The position numbers and the translations under genes are program-made. A DNA stretch of 64,000 bases from assembly GCA_031282835.1 (NCBI GenBank), contig JAITCU010000028.1:10430-74429 (forward strand), in the 5' to 3' direction. A model generated the notes under the pieces. The model worked only from the letters and a program-made list of their open reading frames with translations. It was not told the DNA's origin and made no database searches. This DNA is from Puniceicoccales bacterium (GTDB taxonomy: Bacteria; Verrucomicrobiota; Verrucomicrobiia; Opitutales; JAIRLM01). The stretch's first letter is position 1, and every line of letters starts with the position of its first letter. Positions 52,949-61,633 of the stretch are shown piece by piece.

Positions 52949-54814
52949 ATGACCATGGATACGGCCGCAATAGAATCGTTACTATTAGAAAATCCTTTTT
53001 TGCAAAGGCATCGTGATAAATTGGCGCTCCTGCGCTCTGGGGCCTATTGCCACCACAAGACATTTGGATATGGGCAGATTATATCCTATGATGCCAGTTC
53101 TGGGAAGCTCATTGTCGACTTCGCGGGAAAGCCGAGCCACGCCATTGACCTATTATTTGCCCTAAAACACTTGGAAGTCATCCCGTCAGAGCACCTCATC
53201 GCTCGGTACCGGAAAAACCCAGAAGAGATTGAAAAATTATTCAGGAATGATCCATTGGCCGTGATTGAGATTATTTTAGAGTGCATGCCCAGCCATAGGG
53301 CCACTCAACTCGAAATCGTCGAGATCGTTTCTGTTATTTGGGACAAAAAGATTGTTCGAGCTTGGTGGCTGAAAGCGCGCAAATCCGTAGAACTCAGCAC
53401 GAAGATTGCAGTTCCGGAAGTGAAGACGGGGTATTACACACTCCGTGATCAACCCTTGGCGCAGTTGGATGAGGTCATCGACGGTGTGCTCATGTCCAAA
53501 CAATCGGCCCAAAAAATCGCCTATGCGGAACGGCTGCTCAAGGACGGGGCTGGCCACGGGCGGACTGAGGATTTACAATTGGTCGCCGAGGAGATGCAAC
53601 GGATTTCCGCGTCGCCGGCCGCGCCAGTTTTAGACCGGCTGCTGGCCTGCTGGGTTTGCGAAGATTTGTCGTCGCTTACCCCCGCAATGGCCAGTCCGCC
53701 CGCGGAGATGCTGAAAGAACCCCTTGGTGAGGTGGGCGTTGTGCTAAAAGTCGCGGACATGCTGCCAGCAAACCGGGTGGGGCGATTTTTAAATACCCTC
53801 GCTGGACTATATCCAGAAAAGTTCGATTCCCTGGTTGGGCAACTCATCTGCAACGGCAGCCAACGGACCATTGGGAGTGTAATCAATTCGCGCATGGCCA
53901 GCGGGCACGAGGATGAGCTGTGTCAAACATTTGCCCAGTGGCTGCGGGACAATTCCATCAAAATCAATTTATTAGAGTGGATTTTTCGCAATCATGCCAA
54001 CGCTAAGTACCGGGATATTTTGGGGGATGGGATTTTAGCGGCGCACCTGCGCATGGCGCTGATTTTAATTGATCAGGAGGCAATTCGGCGGCAGGCGAAC
54101 CGAAAAATTGCCTTGGCCGAGCTTATTGCAACGGACCGAGATATGGTGGAGCAGGCCATCCGCGAAGAGTCTCCAGAGGTTGCCCGGGATTTAGTACACA
54201 TGGTCATGCTCAGCCAGGGATTCGACCTTCTAACAAAGCGATCCATCGTTGCTTGGTTTGTTCAAATTTTTCCGGATCTGCAGGGAATTTTGGTAAACGG
54301 TGACAGTGGAACCACAGGCGGGAAGCACGTGGATGATTTCGGGAAAGTTTTGTATGTTTCACAAAGGAGCTTGGATGCCGTCCGGCAGGAATATGAAACC
54401 CTCGTCAACGAAAAAATTCCCGCCAATAAGCGTGCCGTCGAAATTGCACGGGAGATGGGGGATTTGCGCGAAAATTCGGAATATAAAATGGCACGGCAGG
54501 ATCAGAGCGTGTTAATGGCTCGGAAAACGCAAATCGAAAGAGATTTGGCCCGGGTGCAGGTTATCAATTTTGAAAACGTCACCCTTGACACCGTTTCCAT
54601 TGGGACAGTTGTAACCCTTGGAAATGATACGGGGAAATTGCAAAAATTCGTAATCCTCGGGGCGTGGGACAGTGATCCGCAGCACTCCATTGTTGCCTAT
54701 CAGACCCCAATTGGCGCGGCCCTTCTCGGGAAAAAAATTGGAGACGTGGTTCAATTGAATGGACAAGAAAAGCAAAAAGTCATTGCCATTGAGCGATGGA
54801 CAGAGCATGTCTAA
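52949..54814 (+). CDS. greA: Transcription elongation factor GreA, long form with a ~460-aa N-terminal extension
   Basis: The last ~160 aa match GreA. The coiled coil has an acidic tip (EIAREMGDLRENSEYKMARQDQSVLMARKTQIERDLARV) and the globular domain reads VSIGTVVTL...FVILGAWDSDPQHSIVAYQTPIGAALLGKKIGDVVQL. Confidence 0.85.
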   Translation: MTMDTAAIESLLLENPFLQRHRDKLALLRSGAYCHHKTFGYGQIISYDASSGKLIVDFAGKPSHAIDLLFALKHLEVIPSEHLIARYRKNPEEIEKLFRNDPLAVIEIILECMPSHRATQLEIVEIVSVIWDKKIVRAWWLKARKSVELSTKIAVPEVKTGYYTLRDQPLAQLDEVIDGVLMSKQSAQKIAYAERLLKDGAGHGRTEDLQLVAEEMQRISASPAAPVLDRLLACWVCEDLSSLTPAMASPPAEMLKEPLGEVGVVLKVADMLPANRVGRFLNTLAGLYPEKFDSLVGQLICNGSQRTIGSVINSRMASGHEDELCQTFAQWLRDNSIKINLLEWIFRNHANAKYRDILGDGILAAHLRMALILIDQEAIRRQANRKIALAELIATDRDMVEQAIREESPEVARDLVHMVMLSQGFDLLTKRSIVAWFVQIFPDLQGILVNGDSGTTGGKHVDDFGKVLYVSQRSLDAVRQEYETLVNEKIPANKRAVEIAREMGDLRENSEYKMARQDQSVLMARKTQIERDLARVQVINFENVTLDTVSIGTVVTLGNDTGKLQKFVILGAWDSDPQHSIVAYQTPIGAALLGKKIGDVVQLNGQEKQKVIAIERWTEHV

Positions 54815-54826
54815 AATCCTGTTCCG

Positions 54827-55654
54827 ATGGGGAGTCGAGTTCTGGGGTCATTTTATCTGCTACTGTTGATAGCAGCGGTCTTTGCTTTTTTTGGCAATTC
54901 GAGCGTCGTTTTGCTAGTGACGTTTTTTTCCATCGTATCCCAGTTGGAATTTACCCGGCTCCTACGCCGTGCCGGCGTGGATGTTTTTCTTAACCAGGTA
55001 CTTTTTTGGACTACGCTTATTCCGGTCAACGCGTGGTGCATGTCGTCGGTCGTGGGCGGAGGGTATACGGCCCTTATTTCCGCCATTTTTCTAACATCTT
55101 GTGCTGTCCTAAGCGGCGATTTACGGCGGATTACGCTGGTACTCCCGGCATCATTGGCTGCGCTTGTTTGTATACCATTCACCCTCCAATTCGCAATCGT
55201 GATCGTGCGTTCCGCGTCATCGCTTCCTATTGGAGTCGCAACCCTCGCCTGGGTTGTAGCCGTTTGCAAGTTGAGCGACGTAGGCGCGCTGTTGTGCGGA
55301 ACCCTATTTGGCCGTCATCAACTGGCACCACAATTCAGTCCCCACAAAACTTGGGAGGGATTTTACGGCGGCGTAGCCGCGGCCCTAATGGCTGGCCATT
55401 GGTTGGGAATATGGCTGGCCATTGGTCTTTCAGTGCGGATGCGCCTTTTACTAGCGGTTTTTCTTGCGCTGCTTTCTACGACTTCCGATCTGCTCGAATC
55501 CGCCTTGAAACGCTGGGCCGGCGTGAAGGACTCGGGTGCATGCATCCCCGGCATTGGTGGCTGTTTGGATCTATGTGATAGCTTTATCTTTTCCCTGCCG
55601 GGTGCGTATTTGTTTTTGTTATTTGCACATTTTTATAGCCAAATAGCTTCCTGA
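54827..55654 (+). CDS. cdsA: Phosphatidate cytidylyltransferase (CDP-diglyceride synthase)
   Basis: Multi-TM protein with SDVGALLCGTLFGRHQLAPQFSPHKTWEGFYGG and a C-terminal signature-like SALKRWAGVKDSGACIPGIGGCLDLCDS. Confidence 0.85.
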   Translation: MGSRVLGSFYLLLLIAAVFAFFGNSSVVLLVTFFSIVSQLEFTRLLRRAGVDVFLNQVLFWTTLIPVNAWCMSSVVGGGYTALISAIFLTSCAVLSGDLRRITLVLPASLAALVCIPFTLQFAIVIVRSASSLPIGVATLAWVVAVCKLSDVGALLCGTLFGRHQLAPQFSPHKTWEGFYGGVAAALMAGHWLGIWLAIGLSVRMRLLLAVFLALLSTTSDLLESALKRWAGVKDSGACIPGIGGCLDLCDSFIFSLPGAYLFLLFAHFYSQIAS

Positions 55655-55972
55655 CGAGAATATACAATTTGTGTATTTTGAAAATATGAAAATAGAGCTT
55701 GCCTCAAGCTTGAATAATTTTGCCTACCCTCCCTATTTTTCACTTAAAATTTGTCCATACTTTTCATGTTTTATTGAGGTCCGGCGAGTACTTAAGCAAG
55801 GCTCACGACTAGCATTTCTCCCTTGTGTGGAATATTTTTCGAACCAGTGGAACCAAATCTTCTGAACGACGGTTGCACCAAAACTCACACTCGTTCCAAG
55901 AAAGTAAAAAGTTTTCATGCGAGCTGCAAACCTCTGAACTGTAAAATCAGCAGCCGCGTCCAGTTATACGGA

Positions 55973-56347
55973 ATGGCACTCAGCAAACTAGCCGTAGAAC
56001 CTTTATACATAGCAACTGCCAGCTACTGCAAGGAAAATTCGCTTGTTTTTTGGCAAAAAACTGGGCGGCCGCCGCAGTTACCACTTGCGGCTGTTCTGAC
56101 CGTATTCATCCAATTCACATTGAGTCGCAGAAAGGATTTCAAGGCCTTTTACTGTGGTTGCGATGGCGAACTCCTGCGGGAAATTTTCCCCAAAATGACC
56201 AGTTATTCGGCACTTTTGCGTCGATTGGCACCCATCGGGAAAATTTTGACGAAATTTCTTCAAATAATTGCGGGAACGGGGTTCTATATTGTCGACTCAG
56301 CTTCATTTTTATCGAATTGTCCTTTTTTTCTTGCTTGGCTTAGGTAG
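55973..56347 (+). pseudogene. Truncated IS982/IS5-like transposase remnant, N-terminal ~125 aa only
   Basis: MALSKLAVEPLYIATASYCKENSLVFWQKTGRPPQLPLAAVLTVFIQFTLSRRKDFKAFY...LLREIFPKMTSYSALLRRLAPIGKILTKFLQIIA..GFYIVDSASF. It is homologous to the remnant at 4307..4661 (FCEKNSLEF..TSGRPS...). It ends just after the first catalytic-Asp region. Confidence 0.5.
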
Positions 56348-56463
56348 CTTAGGCCGATTTAATAAAAGCTTATCAGGCTTTATTATGAATTTAGGAGCCT
56401 GAGTTTTGCAACTCGTATAATTGTGATTTTTTCGACCTTCAGAGTACCTCGTGAAAATCGCTT

Positions 56464-57330
56464 TCAAACATTTTTCCCGAGTTTTTCGATTCCAGGGCCC
56501 AACGTTTTTACCTGCCATTTCCGGCGCAAGGCGTATGTGAGGCCGCATCCGCAAAAAAGTGTGAATACAGAATAAAATTGTCCGCGGGTAATGCCCAAAA
56601 TCAGCGGGGCATCCGGCTCTCGAAAATGTTCGCAAAAAATACGCAGCAGGGAATAGGCGATTAAAAACTTTGACATTAAATTTCCGGCAAATCTCTCCTT
56701 TGTTTTTCGTATCCAAAAGATCGTTTGCACGTATATAAACAGCAACAACCCCTCGGCCAATGCTTCGTAGATTTGAGACGGGTGTCGTGCGATGAAGTGG
56801 TTTCCGGCCGACGTTGCCCGGGGAAAGACAACTGCCCAGAGTACATTGCTCGCCCGGCCGTAGAGCTCGCCATTAATGAAATTGGCCACGCGGCCGAAAA
56901 AAATGCCCAAGGGGGCCACGGAAACGACGGCGTCAGCGATGGCAAGCGGTGCCAATCGATACCGGCGGGAGAAGCAGTAAATTGCTAGGGCAACGCCGAC
57001 AAATCCGCCGTGGCTAGACATGCCGCCGTGCCAGATGTGAATGGTCTCAAGTGGGTCGCAAACGAGTACGTTTACCTCGTAAAGAAGTACATAGCCTAGA
57101 CGCCCACCGGCAACGGCGCCGATAAGGAGGTGGGTGAGCAGAGAATCAATTTGCCCCTTGTCGAGCATTACCCGGCGGAAAAGACGATAGAGGTGGAAGA
57201 TAAGATAAGCGGACAAAAATCCCAAAAGATAGGCGATGCCGTACCAGCGGATGCCATCAAGTGGCCAGGAATTGGGAAATCGGATGGCGTAGGGATTTAG
57301 ATCGTGGACCCAATGGCCGTTAACTTTCAT
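56464..57330 (-). CDS. lgt: Prolipoprotein diacylglyceryl transferase
   Basis: IRWYGIAYLLGF, GGMSSHGG and GRVANFINGELYGR. It overlaps the ftsH stop by 4 nt. Confidence 0.9.
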   Translation of the reverse strand: MKVNGHWVHDLNPYAIRFPNSWPLDGIRWYGIAYLLGFLSAYLIFHLYRLFRRVMLDKGQIDSLLTHLLIGAVAGGRLGYVLLYEVNVLVCDPLETIHIWHGGMSSHGGFVGVALAIYCFSRRYRLAPLAIADAVVSVAPLGIFFGRVANFINGELYGRASNVLWAVVFPRATSAGNHFIARHPSQIYEALAEGLLLFIYVQTIFWIRKTKERFAGNLMSKFLIAYSLLRIFCEHFREPDAPLILGITRGQFYSVFTLFCGCGLTYALRRKWQVKTLGPGIEKLGKNV

Positions 57331-59393
57331 GGCATTGTTGATGATTTTTTTTGTGAAATCTCCGCATCCGCACTTACCGCCGCACCGGCTGGGGAGTCGT
57401 CTCCTTTTCCATCCATGGTCATGGTGGGCAACACCCGCACGTAGGGTATGGGCGAAAGGATACGCCCCTCCTTCAAGGCTTCGTAGACGTGCACGCCGTC
57501 GATGGTCTCATGTTCCAGCAGAGCTTTGGCGACGATTTCCAGTGCCAGGCGATACTTTTTTAGAATTTCCTCCGCCCGTCCATATTGGGTGCGGATAATA
57601 GATTCCACTTCGCCATCAATGAGTTGGGCGGTTTTTTCGCTGTAATTCTGGTTGCGAGTAATATCCCGGCCGAGGAAAATATGGTCCTGGTTTTCTCCGA
57701 AGGCGATGGTTCCCAGGGAGCTCATGCCCCAGTCGCAAACCATTCGCCGGGCGAGCTTTGTGGCCTGTTTGATATCTGAGGATGCGCCGCTGGATATCTC
57801 ACCGAAAATTAGATCTTCCGCAATTCTCCCCCCCATGGAGCAGCAAATCTCATTAAGAGCGCCCTGTTTGGTTTTGTTTAAAATGTCCTTGCTGGGCATG
57901 AACATGGTGCTTCCCAGGCTACGGCCTCGGGGGATGATGGTCACCTTGTGGACGGGTAAAAGCCCGTCGTCAATGATTGCCTGAACAACGGCGTGGCCTG
58001 CCTCATGGTAGGCGGTGATTTCTTTGTCATGGTCGTCCAATAGCCGCTTACGCTCACGGCCGTAGCAAACCTTTTCACGGGCCGATTCCAGATCCAATCG
58101 CTCTACCTCTTTTTTGTCATAGCGAGCGGCCATCAGAGCTCCCTCGTTGACCAAATTTTCCAAATCAGCACCGGAAAAACCCGGGGTGTTTTTGGCAATA
58201 ACCTTGAGGTCGACGCCCTTAGCCAATTTCACTTTTTTCCCATGAATCTGTAAGATTTCCTCCCGGCCATGCAAATCGGGCAAATCGATGACCACCTGAC
58301 GGTCAAAGCGTCCAGGGCGCAGCAGGGCACTGTCCAAAATATCCGGCCGATTAGTGGCGGCCATGAGGATAACTCCTTCGCGCCCATCAAATCCGTCCAT
58401 TTCTACGAGGATGGAGTTCAGCGTTTGTTCCCGTTCGTCATTGCCGCCGCCGAGACCGGCCCCTCGTTGGCGGCCAACCGCATCGATTTCGTCGATGAAG
58501 ATGATGCACGGCGCATTTTTACGACCTTGCTCAAATAAATCGCGCACCCGGGCGGCCCCGACGCCCACGAACATCTCCACGAAATCCGACCCGCTGATGC
58601 TAAAAAAAGGCACACCGGCTTCTCCGGCAACTGCCTTGGCCAGAAGGGTCTTTCCCGTTCCCGGGGGGCCAACCATGAGGCAGCCTTTGGGAATGCGCCC
58701 GCCGATGGCGTTGTATTTTTTGGGGGTTTTCAGAAAATCCACGATCTCCGCCACCTCTTCCTTGGCCTCGTCGCACCCAGCCACATCGGCAAAAGTAACC
58801 TTTTTATCTCCAATGATTTGTAATCGCGCCCGACTGCGACCGAAGGTCATGGCACTATGCCCCGATCCGCGTACCTGCCGGAACAGGAAAAAATAAAGAA
58901 CAATAAAAATGACCAAGAAGGGAATTATCCCTAACATGAGATCCGTAAAAAATGAGTTGCCTGGCTTTTCCTTGAAATTTGCCGCGGCCATAAGTTCGTT
59001 GAATCGTGTATCTGTGAGCCGTCCCTGGGCGGTAAAACTAATTGGAAGGCCGCCAGAATTGCCACTCCCATCTACTTTGCCAGAAATTCGGTACCATTGA
59101 AGGCCCCGGCTTGGAACGGCTTGGACTTCGCCGCTTCGGATAAGTCCCCTTTGAGCCGTCTCTAAAACTCGACCAATCGTCCACTCTTCCTTTTGTACAG
59201 CGGGTCTGGCCGGAGAAATCATCATCCAAGCGAGGACGAGGGCAAAAATAAGAATGCCCCAGACGATGAGCACCTTTGGTTGAAAACGGTCCGGCCCTGA
59301 ATTCTTCTTTCGCATGGCAATGAAAATAAAACTCCCAAGGGTGTGGTTGCGATCTTCCGTCCATTTTTGTCCCGCGCGCAAGAAATTTTTCAC
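57327..59393 (-). CDS. ftsH: ATP-dependent zinc metalloprotease FtsH
   Basis: [23 protein letters not shown] (Walker A), IIFIDEIDA (Walker B), an SRH region and the HEAGHA zinc motif. The start may be the internal MRKKNSG.... Confidence 0.96.
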   Translation of the reverse strand: MKNFLRAGQKWTEDRNHTLGSFIFIAMRKKNSGPDRFQPKVLIVWGILIFALVLAWMMISPARPAVQKEEWTIGRVLETAQRGLIRSGEVQAVPSRGLQWYRISGKVDGSGNSGGLPISFTAQGRLTDTRFNELMAAANFKEKPGNSFFTDLMLGIIPFLVIFIVLYFFLFRQVRGSGHSAMTFGRSRARLQIIGDKKVTFADVAGCDEAKEEVAEIVDFLKTPKKYNAIGGRIPKGCLMVGPPGTGKTLLAKAVAGEAGVPFFSISGSDFVEMFVGVGAARVRDLFEQGRKNAPCIIFIDEIDAVGRQRGAGLGGGNDEREQTLNSILVEMDGFDGREGVILMAATNRPDILDSALLRPGRFDRQVVIDLPDLHGREEILQIHGKKVKLAKGVDLKVIAKNTPGFSGADLENLVNEGALMAARYDKKEVERLDLESAREKVCYGRERKRLLDDHDKEITAYHEAGHAVVQAIIDDGLLPVHKVTIIPRGRSLGSTMFMPSKDILNKTKQGALNEICCSMGGRIAEDLIFGEISSGASSDIKQATKLARRMVCDWGMSSLGTIAFGENQDHIFLGRDITRNQNYSEKTAQLIDGEVESIIRTQYGRAEEILKKYRLALEIVAKALLEHETIDGVHVYEALKEGRILSPIPYVRVLPTMTMDGKGDDSPAGAAVSADAEISQKKSSTMP

Positions 59394-59422
59394 CGGGAAT
59401 TCTGGCGTAAAATTGCGTAATT

Positions 59423-59977
59423 TTACCTATATTCAATGCGAATATTTAACGAATAAATCATTTTATCTCCGCCGAAAACGCCAGCCAATAAAAAATAATT
59501 GTAGACTGCAGAATTTATTACGGTTGCTAGGAAGCTGACTGGGTAACAAGCTGGCAAAACACACGCCAGCGAAATATAGTAACACAGAGTGTGAACAATG
59601 AGAATAATATCCCATCGATCTTTAATGTCACGATTGAAGTACATGTGAAAAATTTTAAGCAATAAAAGCATGCCTATACCCATAATGGCATTGAAGCCAA
59701 ATGGGACGGAAAGGTGGATGCTGTCCATCAAAAGCCCCCCCGGGAATATTGCCACACATGCTGTATTAAAAGGTAAGTTTATAAAAAATACTATTGGCAA
59801 TAATGGGATCATTCCTAATAAAAAACTTCCCCGTGGTACCAAGTTATCTAGCGCGAAAGCAATGACGACTGCCCCAGTTAAGCGGAGCGTTAACTGAAGC
59901 GTTCCATTGCAATATGCTCCCATCAGTGTGTATCCAATCGGTGACCCGCTGGCTGGTAAATGACAAAAATTTCCCAA
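59423..59977 (-). CDS. Small polytopic membrane protein (MreD-like size and topology; function uncertain)
   Basis: 184-aa ORF with about 5 hydrophobic helices and no diagnostic motif. Its 5' end abuts the argS-derived remnant. Confidence 0.45.
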   Translation of the reverse strand: MGNFCHLPASGSPIGYTLMGAYCNGTLQLTLRLTGAVVIAFALDNLVPRGSFLLGMIPLLPIVFFINLPFNTACVAIFPGGLLMDSIHLSVPFGFNAIMGIGMLLLLKIFHMYFNRDIKDRWDIILIVHTLCYYISLACVLPACYPVSFLATVINSAVYNYFLLAGVFGGDKMIYSLNIRIEYR

Positions 59978-60240
59978 TGTTTCTCACCACGAGGTGAGAC
60001 AGGAATGCGGTGAAATAGAGGTCTTGCTCCGTGAGTTCCGTAGGCTTTCGCAGCTTCATTTGGCCGACGTTTTTATGTCCCTTCAGGTGGATTTTATAGG
60101 ATTTTCCCAGCGCACGGGGATCAACATTCGCCCGGCGAAATAGGGCGTATGGGCGAGCGACGGCGTACTGGAGATAATTTTCCGGTGGAGCGCTTGTCCT
60201 GCTGACACCAGCGGATCAACCGCCAATGGCGTCGATGTAA
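59975..60240 (-). pseudogene. Decayed duplicate of the argS 3' region
   Basis: The minus-strand translation reads ...ENYLQYAVARPYALFRRANVDPRALGKSYKIHLKGHKNVGQMKLRKPTELTEQDLYFTAFLSHLVV. The intact ArgS reads APYLQYAVARLHAIFRRANVDPHALGKSHKIHLQEPQEIALARKLLFYPCVLRQALADLRPHFICTYIYEL. Upstream similarity continues in a shifted frame (QDKRS versus WDKML). Confidence 0.6.
60084..60176. repeat. 93-nt direct repeat copy A (argS-derived), about 91% identical to 61901..61993
   Basis: Manual alignment gives 85 of 93 identical positions with no gaps. Confidence 0.85.
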
Positions 60241-60269
60241 AATCGGTGGCTTTTTTCATTGTGAATATA

Positions 60270-60641
60270 TCACATACAGCGCGCTCGTTGGTCTGGTGTC
60301 ATATCGTCTAGGCATTTGATGAATGCTGCGCTAACGCCGGAGCTTGTTTGATACTGCGCTATGATGCTATGAATGTTGTATCGATCGTCGTTTCTATGGG
60401 ACAGAATTTCGACACGTTTGACCACTTCAAGCTTAGCAACATAGTCAAGGAACTTTATGACCTCCAGCGCGATCCCGTTACCACATAGGAGCGTCCCAAA
60501 CGTAGCACCATTACTTGTTGCATGTGTAATTGCTTGCAAGTATACTTTCTTTATCTCCGAGCAGTTTGAATAGCTTTGGTACAAGACCAGGGGCCTTGCT
60601 GTATGCGCCCAATTGGTGTACCAACGTGGCACCGTACCCAT
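60270..60641 (-). CDS. Downstream ORF overlapping the 3' end of the Inc-like gene in another frame; possibly its frameshifted continuation
   Basis: The 123-aa ORF reads ...KVYLQAITHATSNGATFGTLLCGNGIALEVIKFLDYV.... This continues the ankyrin-like pattern that begins in the upstream frame (DGYGATLVHQLGAYSKAPGLVPKLFKLLG). Confidence 0.35.
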   Translation of the reverse strand: MGTVPRWYTNWAHTARPLVLYQSYSNCSEIKKVYLQAITHATSNGATFGTLLCGNGIALEVIKFLDYVAKLEVVKRVEILSHRNDDRYNIHSIIAQYQTSSGVSAAFIKCLDDMTPDQRARCM

Positions 60642-61629
60642 CTTCCAGACTTAACAACTGCCATCTGGCGGGTGGATCGAGCTTTTCAATTCTTTCAAAT
60701 AACTTCGATGCAACATTGTGGGCGCTGAGGCAGTATTGCCACACTCCATTAACCATAGAAAGTTGTTTTATGATGTCCTTTTGGGCAAATTCTGGCATCA
60801 ACGGAATGACTTGCACGATACTTCTAATTTTGATTTTTATAATGTTATTTTCTCTCGTGTAATGCCTGCGAGTGTATGGATCGCTTGTATCGAACCAACA
60901 AATTGACCGCAATGCATTCTTGAAAGGTTCAACTGCGCCAACTTTGGCGCAGGTTTTAACGACTTCTTTGCTAACACGTTGCCGCATTCCAGAATCGTGT
61001 GTGCGTAATTCGTTCAAGATTTTGGTGCGCTCTGTAGGCGTAAATACTTCAGAGGTGGCAATCCAAGTAACGAGCAAATTCAAAACGTCGGAATCTTTCC
61101 TATCCTGCTTGGCGGACCAGCAACCGCCCGCATCCCTTTTTGCAACTTCTACGAATTTAGGACTGCCAATGAATTCCTCAAATGCCTCCCGATGATGTTC
61201 CTTGCAAAGTGTGCAAAGCGTGCGTATATTATCCCAGGTGTCCGTCGAACCGCTTGCCGTGCTCAGTGCCACAATGCCGATGCCCCCAGCCGCAAGGAGC
61301 ATGAGAACTCCAATTGCAAGGAATGGCGGGATGCCGCTGCCAAGCGCAATCACAACACAACCCGCCGCCGTCAAACCCCCAGTAATGATGCCTAATGTAG
61401 TGGCAACACCGCGGCAGGGATGCGTAATCGTTTGCAAGGTTTTCGACGTGGAGGACGATTGTACTTCCACCGACGTTTTGCCCGTGGGCACTCGCGCTAA
61501 ACTTGATTCCACGGCCCAGTTTGAGCAAAACTTCGAAATTTTGCAAATCAAAACCGCCCAGATGCGAAAAATTGGGATCAAAATCTCGCCCAAAGGGAAT
61601 GGTGGAACTCGCGGACAATACCTGATCAT
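60511..61629 (-). CDS. Inc-like membrane protein with paired hydrophobic segments and a helical C-terminal region
   Basis: VATTLGIITGGLTAAGCVVIALGSGIPPFLAIGVLMLLAAGGIGIVALSTASG. The ATG lies 5 nt downstream of the argS stop on the same strand. Confidence 0.65.
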   Translation of the reverse strand: MIRYCPRVPPFPLGEILIPIFRIWAVLICKISKFCSNWAVESSLARVPTGKTSVEVQSSSTSKTLQTITHPCRGVATTLGIITGGLTAAGCVVIALGSGIPPFLAIGVLMLLAAGGIGIVALSTASGSTDTWDNIRTLCTLCKEHHREAFEEFIGSPKFVEVAKRDAGGCWSAKQDRKDSDVLNLLVTWIATSEVFTPTERTKILNELRTHDSGMRQRVSKEVVKTCAKVGAVEPFKNALRSICWFDTSDPYTRRHYTRENNIIKIKIRSIVQVIPLMPEFAQKDIIKQLSMVNGVWQYCLSAHNVASKLFERIEKLDPPARWQLLSLEDGYGATLVHQLGAYSKAPGLVPKLFKLLGDKESILASNYTCNK

Positions 61630-61633
61630 TTTA

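Noticed and set aside
58354-58896. 180-aa plus-strand ORF
   Set aside because: It is antisense to the AAA+ domain of ftsH, a shadow ORF.
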